From: Candidatus Brocadia sp.
GTDB lineage: Bacteria; Planctomycetota; Brocadiia; Brocadiales; Brocadiaceae
Assembly: GCA_046291035.1 (NCBI GenBank)
Contig: JBKBTA010000001.1
Location: 1 to 46,844, forward strand
Reading direction: 5' to 3'
Length of the DNA: 46,844 bases
Shown here: positions 31,321 through 40,585 of the stretch, piece after piece
How positions within the stretch are numbered: position 1 is the stretch's first letter
Layout: every line of letters begins with the position of its first letter
Made by a program: the position numbers and the translations under genes
Notes under the pieces: model-generated
The model's database searches: none
Seen by the model: only the letters and a program-made list of their open reading frames with translations
Told to the model about the DNA's origin: nothing

Positions 31321-31367
31321 TTTTAGCGTGTTTTGTGGGTAATATGCAGCTGCCGAAGTTGGCCTGT

Positions 31368-32438
31368 TTATTTTGACAATCCCAACAGCTGATAAATCGT
31401 TTTAAAATCGATTTCCCTTTCCACCACTTCAGCGGCGCGCTGTATCTTAGACCTTGAATGCAGGCTCGCGTACCCTGAAAGGTTTTCGCAAGTCTCAAGT
31501 ACCGAGGCGGTATCCGATTTCACCACAACAACTGGTACGCCAATCCCCTGTGCGCGACCCAAAATAGAGGCATTTGGATACAGTTCACCAGTGAGGATGA
31601 GACACTTTGTGGGGGTTTCGAGGGCTGCCAATTGAATGTCACTCCGGTCGCCTCCGGTAATGACGGCCTTGTTTGGGACCTTTCGAAAATAACTCAAGGC
31701 ACTCTCGACATTCATGGCCCCAATCATAAAATGTTCAACCAATTCATCTGCTTTGTCCTCACAACAAAGGATTTTTCCATGAAGGGTGTCGACAATTTCT
31801 CTGATTGGTACTGCGCCAAGGACGGGGTCTTTTGGGATAATTCCCAGGGTGGTAATACCATGGTTTTTGAGAAAGGGGACTAGGAGTTCCCGTATATAAC
31901 TTACTTTTGCTGAAGGGATCAAATTAAACACGACACCCAGCAATTGATCCCCTAACATTTTTGATGCGTAGATAAACCCGTCAAGGGTGTCAATATAAGC
32001 CTGGAACTTATCCACAAAGATTACCTTTGCATATGTTTCTTTGATAAAATCCAATTCTGAAAACCCCAGACACGTACCACCCGAGAGCCTGCCCACTCCC
32101 CGGGTAATCATTATGCCTTTTCCCCGGGAGGCAAGATTAAAGGCCGTCAACGTCTTCTGGCGAATATTCAGTTCCTCGCCGCGTATCAGGCGCCCAATAA
32201 TTTCATCGTTTAACACCACGGGACAGATAGAATGGAGCGGTTCGTCTACTTCCAATGCCTTTGAAAGAAAGACAGCATCTTCATCGGTAAGTATATCTTC
32301 AACAAGAACGGGTGAAAATCCGACTGGTTTAAAGTAGCCGACGTTGTATCCGTCTCTCCTGAATTTTGATCCAAGGCCCAGACAAATTAAGTTCTTTCCG
32401 GAAAAGGGCGAAACAGAGGCAATAAATACGGGTATCAT
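31368..32438 (-). CDS. Phosphotransacetylase-family protein (BioD-like N-terminus plus DRTGG domain)
   Basis: SGK...LG, VGYFKP, IGAM, AVITGGDRSDIQLAAL, CLILTG. Confidence 0.88.
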   Translation of the reverse strand: MIPVFIASVSPFSGKNLICLGLGSKFRRDGYNVGYFKPVGFSPVLVEDILTDEDAVFLSKALEVDEPLHSICPVVLNDEIIGRLIRGEELNIRQKTLTAFNLASRGKGIMITRGVGRLSGGTCLGFSELDFIKETYAKVIFVDKFQAYIDTLDGFIYASKMLGDQLLGVVFNLIPSAKVSYIRELLVPFLKNHGITTLGIIPKDPVLGAVPIREIVDTLHGKILCCEDKADELVEHFMIGAMNVESALSYFRKVPNKAVITGGDRSDIQLAALETPTKCLILTGELYPNASILGRAQGIGVPVVVVKSDTASVLETCENLSGYASLHSRSKIQRAAEVVEREIDFKTIYQLLGLSK

Positions 32439-32539
32439 AATAACCCCCTTTTATACAGTAAACATATTATAAGCTGTCAGGAGGAAACTCCTGACAGCAC
32501 AACAAATAAAGTGAAAACATATTTAGGAACACGTTTTCG

Positions 32540-32624
32540 ATAACATTCAGCTTGCTCGGATAAGTAAGCAGTAGGCGGTAAGCAGTTCTCATTTGATAAT
32601 TGCCTACTGCCTACTGCCTACTGT
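32540..32624. repeat. AGTAGGC/GCCTACT heptad hairpin element
   Basis: CATTCAGCTTGC leader, AGTAAGCAGTAGGCGGTAAGCAGT / TGCCTACTGCCTACTGCCTACTG; related to 40419-40520 and to the core of the 180-bp element. Confidence 0.7.
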
Positions 32625-34742
32625 CATTTTTTGATGGTGATTTGCTGCATCCTGTGATATCGTCATGCGTGCATCTATGGCCATGGTACCTCCTCCCTCA
32701 GGGAAGACAATCAAGGGATTTATATCCATTTCCAGTATATCGGGAAAATCCGTTACCAGCTGAGAAAGCCTTAAAATACTATCAGCGAGGGCATTTATAT
32801 CCACAGGTTTTTCGCCGCGCACACCTTTTAGCAGTGGAAGGGATCGAATCTCATGGATCATCTCTTCTGCTTCATCCGACCCAATGGGTGCTATCCGGAA
32901 CGTTACGTCTTTTAGCACTTCTATATAAATACCGCCGAGTCCAAACATCAATAGGGGACCAAACTGTGGATCACGGGACATTCCGAGGATTACCTCTTTG
33001 CCGCCCGTAATCATCTGTTGCACCAGGACGCCCTTTATTTCTGCAGAGGGCATAAGCCTTTGTGCTTTTTGGGTGATGTCAGAAAAAAATCTCCGTACCT
33101 CTGACGCACCTTTTATTCCAATTCTTACTCCGCCAAAATCAGATTTATGAAGGATGTCCGGCGAAGAAATCTTAGCGACAACGGGGTATCCGATCTCTTC
33201 CGCGGCCCGCGCTGCCTCTGCTTCCGAGGTAGCAAGAATGCTTTTTGGAATTCTGAAACCATAGAGTGAAATGACCTGCTTTGCCTCATCTTCGCACAAA
33301 TATTGACGTCCCATCTGCCTTATTTTTTCAAAGATAGATGCAACCCTTTCTTTTTGAATATTAATTTTTTTTGTTTTTGGTACGGCTTTTTTTTGCCATA
33401 AGGAGTATTTGTACATAGCCTCAACGGCTGATATTGCGCGCTCAGGAAAAGGATAATTTGGTACCTTTTTCAGGCACATAACCTTTAAGCCCGTTTCGAT
33501 CCGTTTGCCACCCATAAAGGAGGTTACGATGGGTTTGTCGGTACGGCTTGAAATCTCGCCGATTACTTCTGCCGTCTTTTCTATTTCCGTCATTGCCTGA
33601 GGTGTCAAAATGATAAGAATTGCATCCACATTGGGGTCTTCAATCACTTTTTCGATAACAAATTTATACCGTTCTGCCTTTGCGTCCCCCAGCACATCGA
33701 CAGGGTTATATACATTTGCCATAGACGGCAAGAAATTCCGGAGGAGGTTTATGGTGTTCTTTGAAAATGACGCCATTTCCAGTTTTGACCGTTCCACCGC
33801 ATCGGCTGCAATAATTCCTGGTCCACCGGCATTTGTAATCAATGCTATATGCGGTCCTTTGGGGAGCGGTTGATGGCTGAATATTCTGGCGTAGTCAAAT
33901 AATTCTTCGACTGTTTTTGCCCGTAAAATTCCAGATTGTTTAAATGCCGTGTCAAAGGCATTTTCAGCGCCGGCCAATGTCCCCGTATGCGATGATGCTG
34001 CCCTTGCGCCTGCCGTTGTACCCCCCGATTTTACGATAATCATGGGCTTTTTTTTCGTAATTTTTTTTGCGGCATTCATAAATGCCATCCCGTTTTTTAC
34101 CCCTTCTAAGTACCCAAGAATAACTTTCGTATGGACATCCTCATCGATAACTTGTATAAGGTCAACCTCATCAATGTCGGTTTTATTTCCCATGCTGATA
34201 AATTTGGAAAATCCGATACATTCATTCACTGCCCAGTCCAGAACTGAAGTGCAAAGTGCCCCTGATTGGGAAATGAATGCAATATTACCCGGTGCGGGCA
34301 TATCGGCAGCAAAAGAGGCATTGAGGAATGACTGCGTATCGATCAACCCAAGGCAGTTTGGTCCAAGCATGCGCATCGAATGTTGTTTGATTTTCTGATG
34401 TAATTCCCGCTCCCTTGCTGCCCCGTCAATACCACTTTCTTTAAAGCCGGCACTGATAACAATAATCGAATCAATTCCTTTGGCGCCACATTCATCTACC
34501 ACTTTCAGCACATGGGGAGCGGGTACAACGATTACGGCAAGATCGATCCTGTCGTTGATTTCCTCAAGGCTGGCGTATGCCTTGATTCCCAGGACATTGT
34601 CCGCATGGGGATTCACCGGGAAGACCTTCCCCTTGTACCCATAAGTGACCAGATTTTTAAGTACATCATATCCCACCTTCCCCTCTTCACGGGAGGCTCC
34701 GATGACCGCCACTGTTTCTGGTGAAAAGAAATGATCTAGCAT
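32604..34742 (-). CDS. ADP-forming acetate--CoA ligase, fused alpha/beta
   Basis: AVIGAS, LGPNCLG, SQSGA, SHTGTLAG (phospho-His), TNAGGPG, NPVDV.GDA, HKSDFGGV, DPQFGP, DINP. Confidence 0.92.
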   Translation of the reverse strand: MLDHFFSPETVAVIGASREEGKVGYDVLKNLVTYGYKGKVFPVNPHADNVLGIKAYASLEEINDRIDLAVIVVPAPHVLKVVDECGAKGIDSIIVISAGFKESGIDGAARERELHQKIKQHSMRMLGPNCLGLIDTQSFLNASFAADMPAPGNIAFISQSGALCTSVLDWAVNECIGFSKFISMGNKTDIDEVDLIQVIDEDVHTKVILGYLEGVKNGMAFMNAAKKITKKKPMIIVKSGGTTAGARAASSHTGTLAGAENAFDTAFKQSGILRAKTVEELFDYARIFSHQPLPKGPHIALITNAGGPGIIAADAVERSKLEMASFSKNTINLLRNFLPSMANVYNPVDVLGDAKAERYKFVIEKVIEDPNVDAILIILTPQAMTEIEKTAEVIGEISSRTDKPIVTSFMGGKRIETGLKVMCLKKVPNYPFPERAISAVEAMYKYSLWQKKAVPKTKKINIQKERVASIFEKIRQMGRQYLCEDEAKQVISLYGFRIPKSILATSEAEAARAAEEIGYPVVAKISSPDILHKSDFGGVRIGIKGASEVRRFFSDITQKAQRLMPSAEIKGVLVQQMITGGKEVILGMSRDPQFGPLLMFGLGGIYIEVLKDVTFRIAPIGSDEAEEMIHEIRSLPLLKGVRGEKPVDINALADSILRLSQLVTDFPDILEMDINPLIVFPEGGGTMAIDARMTISQDAANHHQKMTVGSRQ

Positions 34743-34745
34743 ACC

Positions 34746-37079
34746 TTAAAGCGTGTCGTTTTCTGTTTTCTTGTCTTCTGTGTCTTTGGTAATTTCATGT
34801 GCTTCCTTTGGTAGTAATTCGAACATGTTTCTGATAGACCGGGTAAGGGGTTTAAAAGGGACTGCATGACTTTCCGGGTTTGAGAAAGTGCCTTTGATTT
34901 CTACCATCGTTAGCTGTTTTCGAACGCCACCCACCACAAGGTCAAAAAACTTTCCCACAATAGGAAGCTGAGAGAATAAGCCTTTGTTGAATCCGGCAAC
35001 AACATCTATGTGAATATCACCGTCAAATTTGATATTTCCACGGCCATCGAGTTCAATTGTGTCGCTATAGACCCTTCCCTCCTCGACTTGAATTATGCCA
35101 TCCTTGACGATAAACTTTGCCTTTGCGCTGTGAAAACTTTCTTTTTTGGGCAGACGGAGATTAAGAAAGTTAAAGACGCTAAGGATGATAGGGACCTCGG
35201 TGAGATACCCTTCATTTACATTGATTCGCCCCTCAGCGTAAAAATTTTTGGGATCAGCGCCCTTTCCCTGGAATTTTATGCTGCCGTAAAGCAAGCCGGA
35301 CAACGAATTTTCTGTTTTCGTGACCTTTGGGGCCAGTTCTTCCAATGCAACCCTTGAAAAACTTAATTCTCCTTTATATTGATATGGATCTGTGTCCGTT
35401 GAAACAGAGAGTGTTCCTTCTACATGTCCCCCATAGCATTTGGCGTCGATGTGTTTGCTTAAGAATCCCGTTTTATTGAACTCTAGCCTTCCTGCAATCC
35501 CCCAGAGAGGAATCTTATAGGTACTCACACGAATTTCGCAATCCTTGAGATTAATTTCCATGGTATACTCGTCGTTCTTTTTTTCATCAAAACCCTGGAA
35601 ATTCGCACTAATATCCACCTTACCCACGGGATTCAGATTTGTCCAGAGCTTTTCGCCGATCTCCTTGTTGGGAAGATTTTTCAAAAAGGACTCCGTAATG
35701 GACAGATTCGGGACACGAAAATTGAGTATCTTTCGACCACTATTCATATCGTAAACACCGTTCATTTCGGTAAAAACTGACTGATCCCCACATTGAATAA
35801 GACCGCTGGCATTTTTAAACACGATGACATTGTTGGCTAGCTTAAACTCTCCGTTCACATACGAAATAGGCAGGGGGAAATCCAGGGGTTTCACTTCCAG
35901 ACCCTTGCAATTTACGGTCAGAAAATAACTGCGTTCCTGCTTTTCTCCTTCATTATGCTGAAGGGTCAGACCTACCAAACCAGTAGGCTGTACCTTTGAC
36001 CATACCTGTTCGCCGAATTCGGGTATATTTTTCAACAGTTCCTGATTTACAAATAAATTAGGAATCGTCACTACAAAAGTTTTTTTAGGACCATAAAGAT
36101 CAAACTCTCCCTTGAATTCGGCCTGAGAGGTACAGGTTCCACACTTGATATAACCCACAATCCCCTTGAGATACAGCTTTTCTGTATTCAATTCCACAGT
36201 ACCGTTCACGTTATAGAGCAGAAATGGCCAATCTGTATATATAGCCTCCAGTCCGTTAAGGTTGACGCTGATTCCATAGTCTATCTTTTTTTGTTGATCC
36301 CGATTATTAAAACTCGCATTACAGGATACGCTGACTTTTCCCACGGGTTTGTAATCATTCCAGAGCATCTTGCCAATATAGGGAAAACTGCCCAAAAAGT
36401 CTTCGTTCAGCTCGACATTATTTGCATAGGCCTCCACATCGAGTTTGGGGATACCGGGGGAGAGTTTCATGGTAAACGAGTAATTCCCCAAAAATTCATC
36501 ATTAATGTTTCCTTTGATGAGAAGGTCTTGAAAAGAGCCTGCATACGGGAGAAACGTGATATCAATTCCTGATAGCTTGATTTCCGGGCTATTTGTCTGG
36601 GTATCTTCCTTGATATGAATCTTCAAGTCCCTGATCTCAATACCTTGTCTTAATGTGTCCGTATATGCCGGTATTTCCAGATTATCAAAGTTTGTCTTAA
36701 TCGCGTCAAGGAGTGACCAGATGTCTGTAGGCTTTTCTACGGTCAATTCGGGGGCGATGATAATAGCATTGATAATATTGAGTTGACCTTTCAAGAGGCT
36801 TTGTGGGCAGTGTTTTAACACAATCTTGGGGATTTTGAGAGACTTGCCCTGGACATCCTCCGATGTGCCAACAAATGACAGATTGTCGATTTCAATCCCT
36901 TCAAAAAAATCCATGTGCGCATGTTCAATTTCAGCCGTTCCAAAATCTCGCAACATGCTTAACAAACGGCCCTTTATTGCTTCATCAGAGGTTGCCCGTT
37001 TGACAAGGATGTACCCGATAGCTGTTATTCCGATTACAAAACCGACAATGACTGCTATAATAATTACTTTTTTTTTCAT
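34746..37079 (-). CDS. AsmA-like/YhdP-like envelope protein
   Basis: N-terminal TM anchor, repetitive beta-rich body, C-terminal G.G.I.FDG and LPIVG..F...V.G....V.IKGT..NP. Confidence 0.7.
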   Translation of the reverse strand: MKKKVIIIAVIVGFVIGITAIGYILVKRATSDEAIKGRLLSMLRDFGTAEIEHAHMDFFEGIEIDNLSFVGTSEDVQGKSLKIPKIVLKHCPQSLLKGQLNIINAIIIAPELTVEKPTDIWSLLDAIKTNFDNLEIPAYTDTLRQGIEIRDLKIHIKEDTQTNSPEIKLSGIDITFLPYAGSFQDLLIKGNINDEFLGNYSFTMKLSPGIPKLDVEAYANNVELNEDFLGSFPYIGKMLWNDYKPVGKVSVSCNASFNNRDQQKKIDYGISVNLNGLEAIYTDWPFLLYNVNGTVELNTEKLYLKGIVGYIKCGTCTSQAEFKGEFDLYGPKKTFVVTIPNLFVNQELLKNIPEFGEQVWSKVQPTGLVGLTLQHNEGEKQERSYFLTVNCKGLEVKPLDFPLPISYVNGEFKLANNVIVFKNASGLIQCGDQSVFTEMNGVYDMNSGRKILNFRVPNLSITESFLKNLPNKEIGEKLWTNLNPVGKVDISANFQGFDEKKNDEYTMEINLKDCEIRVSTYKIPLWGIAGRLEFNKTGFLSKHIDAKCYGGHVEGTLSVSTDTDPYQYKGELSFSRVALEELAPKVTKTENSLSGLLYGSIKFQGKGADPKNFYAEGRINVNEGYLTEVPIILSVFNFLNLRLPKKESFHSAKAKFIVKDGIIQVEEGRVYSDTIELDGRGNIKFDGDIHIDVVAGFNKGLFSQLPIVGKFFDLVVGGVRKQLTMVEIKGTFSNPESHAVPFKPLTRSIRNMFELLPKEAHEITKDTEDKKTENDTL

Positions 37080-37187
37080 TAAATATATCTTCTCTTTTCC
37101 GATAAATAAATAATAATTGCTACAATTTTCTTAAGGTTACTGTTATTCCAGATTTATTTCAAGTGTTAATTTCTAAATAGGTTAAAC

Positions 37188-37270
37188 ATGCACGGTCAAT
37201 TCGTGAACTGCCACTACAATTCACGATGAGCACATCATTATAGGAATTTTTCAAAAAACTAAATTGTTAC
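37188..37270 (-). repeat. GTAACAATTTAGTTTTTTGAAAA-tagged element with a REP palindrome, inverted copy
   Basis: Reverse complement aligns with 16216-16298 over tag, spacer and palindrome. Confidence 0.75.
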
Positions 37271-37483
37271 GAAAGTTCGGTATTAGGAAAGGCATTTTTA
37301 TAAAATCCTTAAAAATTCTGCCGATAATTTTCTTAGGTGTCGTAAAAATTGTTCAAAACTTAGCCACTTGTACAGGGAAGTGATTTCATTTTTATTTTGT
37401 TGACTTTTTGAGAAACTGCGTCATTAATAATACCTCAAGACAGTTATATTTGTTCTATTAACTCGTTATCAGGAGAAGTACTC

Positions 37484-38962
37484 ATGAATCTTCCAAATTC
37501 TCTTATTGATTCTCCGGTTAATAACAAAAGCGTGAACAGAAAAACGCTGGAAAAGGAGTATCCAACCTATAAAAGCTGTATTAAGAATGCCTTCGATGCG
37601 GGACAGGCGCATATCTTCAGGTGGTGGAATGAAATAACCTCTTCAGAAAAGAAGAACCTGCTCAACCAGATATCCTCTATTGATTTCCTCCTGATAAAGA
37701 GTCTTGTCAACGACGCCCTTTTGAAGACCCCTCAGCCCATTCAGGGTAATATAACCCCGCCACAAATTATAGCCATTCCCAAAAATGATTCAGAAAAAAG
37801 AGTTGCACAGAGGGCAAAACAGACCGGGGAAGATTCTTTACGGAAAGGAGAGGTTGCCATCCTTACGGTTGCAGGTGGGGACGGTACACGATTGGGGATT
37901 AACGGCCCTAAAGGGACATTTCCCATCACGCCTATTGCCAGAAAGAGTATCTTTCAATTGCATGCGGAAAAAATACGTGCGATTCAACAGAAGTACGGCG
38001 TCTGCATTCCCTGGTACATCATGACGAGCGAGACCAACGGCCCTATGACGCAAGATTTCTTTCAGTCTCACCGGTTCTTTGGATTAGACCCTCAACAGGT
38101 GCGCTTTTTTACCCAGGGTATGCTCCCTGTAGTAGACCTTCAGGGAAATTTGCTCATGGATTCTAGATCGAATATTGTAATGAGTCCCAATGGCCACGGT
38201 GGCGCAATCATTGCTCTCAGAGAAAAAGGCATTCTTGATGACATGAAGAGGCGTGGTATGAAGCATATCTTCTATCATCAGGTAGATAACGTATTGATAA
38301 AGATTGCCGATCCCGTTTTTATTGGCTATCATCTCATGGAAGGCGCCGAGATGTCATTAAAAGTTGTAAAAAAATGCCACCCCGAAGAAAAGGTAGGGGT
38401 TGTCGTAAATATCAGTGGACATTTACATGTGATTGAATACAGCGAGCTGAGTCGGGAGGATATGTATGCAACTACAGAGGATGGCGCGTTAAAGTTTAAT
38501 GCCGGGAATATTGCGGTACATATGATTAGCATTGATTTTCTTGAGAAAGTACATCAAAGAGGAGAGCATCCTCCCTATCATGCAGCCATAAAAAGGGTAC
38601 CGTATTTGGATGAAAATGGTATGACCATTATTCCGGAAAAGAACAATGCCATTAAATTTGAGAGTTTCATCTTTGACATACTGAAACACGTACAGAAAAG
38701 TGTGATCATGGAAGTTCTTCGGGAAGATGAGTTTTCACCTGTGAAAAACATGGAGGGGGAAAACTCCCCGGCTACATCGAGGCAAGATATGGTTAATCTA
38801 TTTGGACGATGGTTGCGAAACGCAGGTATTTCTATTCCCACTGACTCTCAAGGCAATGTTATTGGCTTAATCGAGATTAGCCCTTGCTTTGCGCTGGATG
38901 AAGAGGAATTGAAAAATAAGGTCGATAAACATCTGCGGTTCAACGGGAATTTAAGTTTGTAA
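37484..38962 (+). CDS. UDP-N-acetylglucosamine/UDP-sugar pyrophosphorylase, UAP1 (UDPGP) family
   Basis: AGG.GTRLG...PKG, WYIMTS, SPNGHGG, QVDN, EKVG, IEYSE, KFE.FIFD, EFSPVKN. Confidence 0.9.
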   Translation: MNLPNSLIDSPVNNKSVNRKTLEKEYPTYKSCIKNAFDAGQAHIFRWWNEITSSEKKNLLNQISSIDFLLIKSLVNDALLKTPQPIQGNITPPQIIAIPKNDSEKRVAQRAKQTGEDSLRKGEVAILTVAGGDGTRLGINGPKGTFPITPIARKSIFQLHAEKIRAIQQKYGVCIPWYIMTSETNGPMTQDFFQSHRFFGLDPQQVRFFTQGMLPVVDLQGNLLMDSRSNIVMSPNGHGGAIIALREKGILDDMKRRGMKHIFYHQVDNVLIKIADPVFIGYHLMEGAEMSLKVVKKCHPEEKVGVVVNISGHLHVIEYSELSREDMYATTEDGALKFNAGNIAVHMISIDFLEKVHQRGEHPPYHAAIKRVPYLDENGMTIIPEKNNAIKFESFIFDILKHVQKSVIMEVLREDEFSPVKNMEGENSPATSRQDMVNLFGRWLRNAGISIPTDSQGNVIGLIEISPCFALDEEELKNKVDKHLRFNGNLSL

Positions 38963-38995
38963 GCCATCCAAACACGAATGAGAAGGATATAAGTA

Positions 38996-40411
38996 ATGGA
39001 AGGTAAACACAACATACACCTTGATTTTAATAATATGACGGCACAAACGATCGGGCCGGAACACGGTATAACTGAGCAGGAATTAAAAGACGTCGAGCCC
39101 CTTGCCACTCAGTTCGTTACTACAATAAAGGAAGAACGCGCCGCAGGCAAACTACAATTTCTTGACCTGCCTTACGATAAAAAAACAGTGGCGCAGATTC
39201 TTGAAACGACAAATGCTATCAAAGGAAAGTTTAAAAACCTTGTCGTTGTGGGCATCGGTGGTTCTGCGTTAGGCAATATCGCTATCCATACGGCCTTGAA
39301 CCACCCTTTTTACAATATCCTCGGCGAAAAAGAAAGGGACGGTTCCCCGCGTATCTTTGTGCTGGATAACATCGACCCGGATAGATTCTCTGGTCTCATG
39401 GATATCGTTAAACCCGAGGAAACTTTGTTTAATTTCATTACGAAGTCCGGCACAACGGTTGAAACCATGTCCCAGTTTCTAATCATAATGAGACTTTTAC
39501 AGGATAAACTTGGCAAAGATTACAAGGGACATGTTATTACCACTACCGATAGTGAAAAAGGTACTTTAAGGGATATAACAAGACGCGAAGGGTTTAAGTC
39601 CTTCTCGATCCCTGCCGGAGTCGGTGGGCGGTATTCGGTACTAACACCCGTTGGCTTGTTTTCAGCGGCAGTGAGCGGGGTAGATATAACCGCCTTGTTG
39701 GACGGAGCGGCGCTCATGGACAAGGCATGTCAATCCGGTAATCCCTGGGAAAATCCTGCCTTGATGGGTGCTGCACTTTATTTTTTGAGCCACACAAAAA
39801 AAGGCAAAAACATACTGGTTATGATGCCATATTCTCATGCCCTGGGCGGAGTGGCCGATTGGTTCTGCCAACTCTGGGCTGAGAGTCTCGGTAAAAAATT
39901 TTCATTGAATAATGAGATTGTCCACACAGGCTCAACACCAGTGAAGGCAATTGGCGTTGTGGATCAGCACTCCCAGCTTCAACTTTATATGGAAGGCCCT
40001 TATGACAAGGTTATAACCTTTTGTGCCATTGAGCGATTTAACAAGCATGTCCCTATTACCGATAAAAATAAAATTGAGGATGAATTGGCTTATCTGAAAG
40101 GACACTCCCTGAATGACGTTATGAGGGCAGAGTTTGAAGGAACACGACTCGCCCTGACAGAACAAAGGCGTCCCAATTGTACCATTACCCTGGATGAACT
40201 TTCCGCATTTACCCTGGGACAGCTATTCTATCTGCTTGAATTACAAACTGCATATGGTGGCAAATTTTATAACGTAAATGCCTTTGATCAGCCGGGCGTT
40301 GAGGCAGGAAAGGTTAATGCCTTTGCAATGCTGGGGAGAAAGGGATACGAGCAGAGAAAGAAGGAAATTGAAATGCTATTCCAAAAAGTACAAAAAAAGT
40401 ACTACATTTAG
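38996..40411 (+). CDS. pgi: Glucose-6-phosphate isomerase
   Basis: VGIGGSALG, TKSGTTVET, GVGGRYSV, QLWAESLGK, DQHSQLQ, FDQPGVEAGK. Confidence 0.96.
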   Translation: MEGKHNIHLDFNNMTAQTIGPEHGITEQELKDVEPLATQFVTTIKEERAAGKLQFLDLPYDKKTVAQILETTNAIKGKFKNLVVVGIGGSALGNIAIHTALNHPFYNILGEKERDGSPRIFVLDNIDPDRFSGLMDIVKPEETLFNFITKSGTTVETMSQFLIIMRLLQDKLGKDYKGHVITTTDSEKGTLRDITRREGFKSFSIPAGVGGRYSVLTPVGLFSAAVSGVDITALLDGAALMDKACQSGNPWENPALMGAALYFLSHTKKGKNILVMMPYSHALGGVADWFCQLWAESLGKKFSLNNEIVHTGSTPVKAIGVVDQHSQLQLYMEGPYDKVITFCAIERFNKHVPITDKNKIEDELAYLKGHSLNDVMRAEFEGTRLALTEQRRPNCTITLDELSAFTLGQLFYLLELQTAYGGKFYNVNAFDQPGVEAGKVNAFAMLGRKGYEQRKKEIEMLFQKVQKKYYI

Positions 40412-40418
40412 CACAAAC

Positions 40419-40520
40419 CATTCAGCTTGCAGGATTAAGTAGGCAGAGGCAGTAGGCGGTTGGCAATAAAATTGTCACCTTCTGTCAACTGCCTACTGCT
40501 AACTGGTTACTGCCTACTAC
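40419..40520. repeat. AGTAGGC/GCCTACT heptad hairpin element
   Basis: CATTCAGCTTGC leader, AAGTAGGCAGAGGCAGTAGGCGGTTGGCA / TGTCAACTGCCTACTGCTAACTGGTTACTGCCTACT. Confidence 0.7.
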
Positions 40521-40585
40521 GTCTGTTTGTTGTAACTCCGCTACTCTGTACGTTTTTTAGTATCCCTGCACAGTGAACAGTTCTT

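Noticed and set aside
30877-31326. 149-aa plus-strand ORF
   Set aside because: Made of the 180-bp repeat plus the antisense of the DUF1828/1829 remnant
29558-31330. Classical integron array or dif modules
   Set aside because: No clear RYYYAAC...GTTRRRY attC folds, XerC/D sites or intI seen by eye; kept only as an analogy
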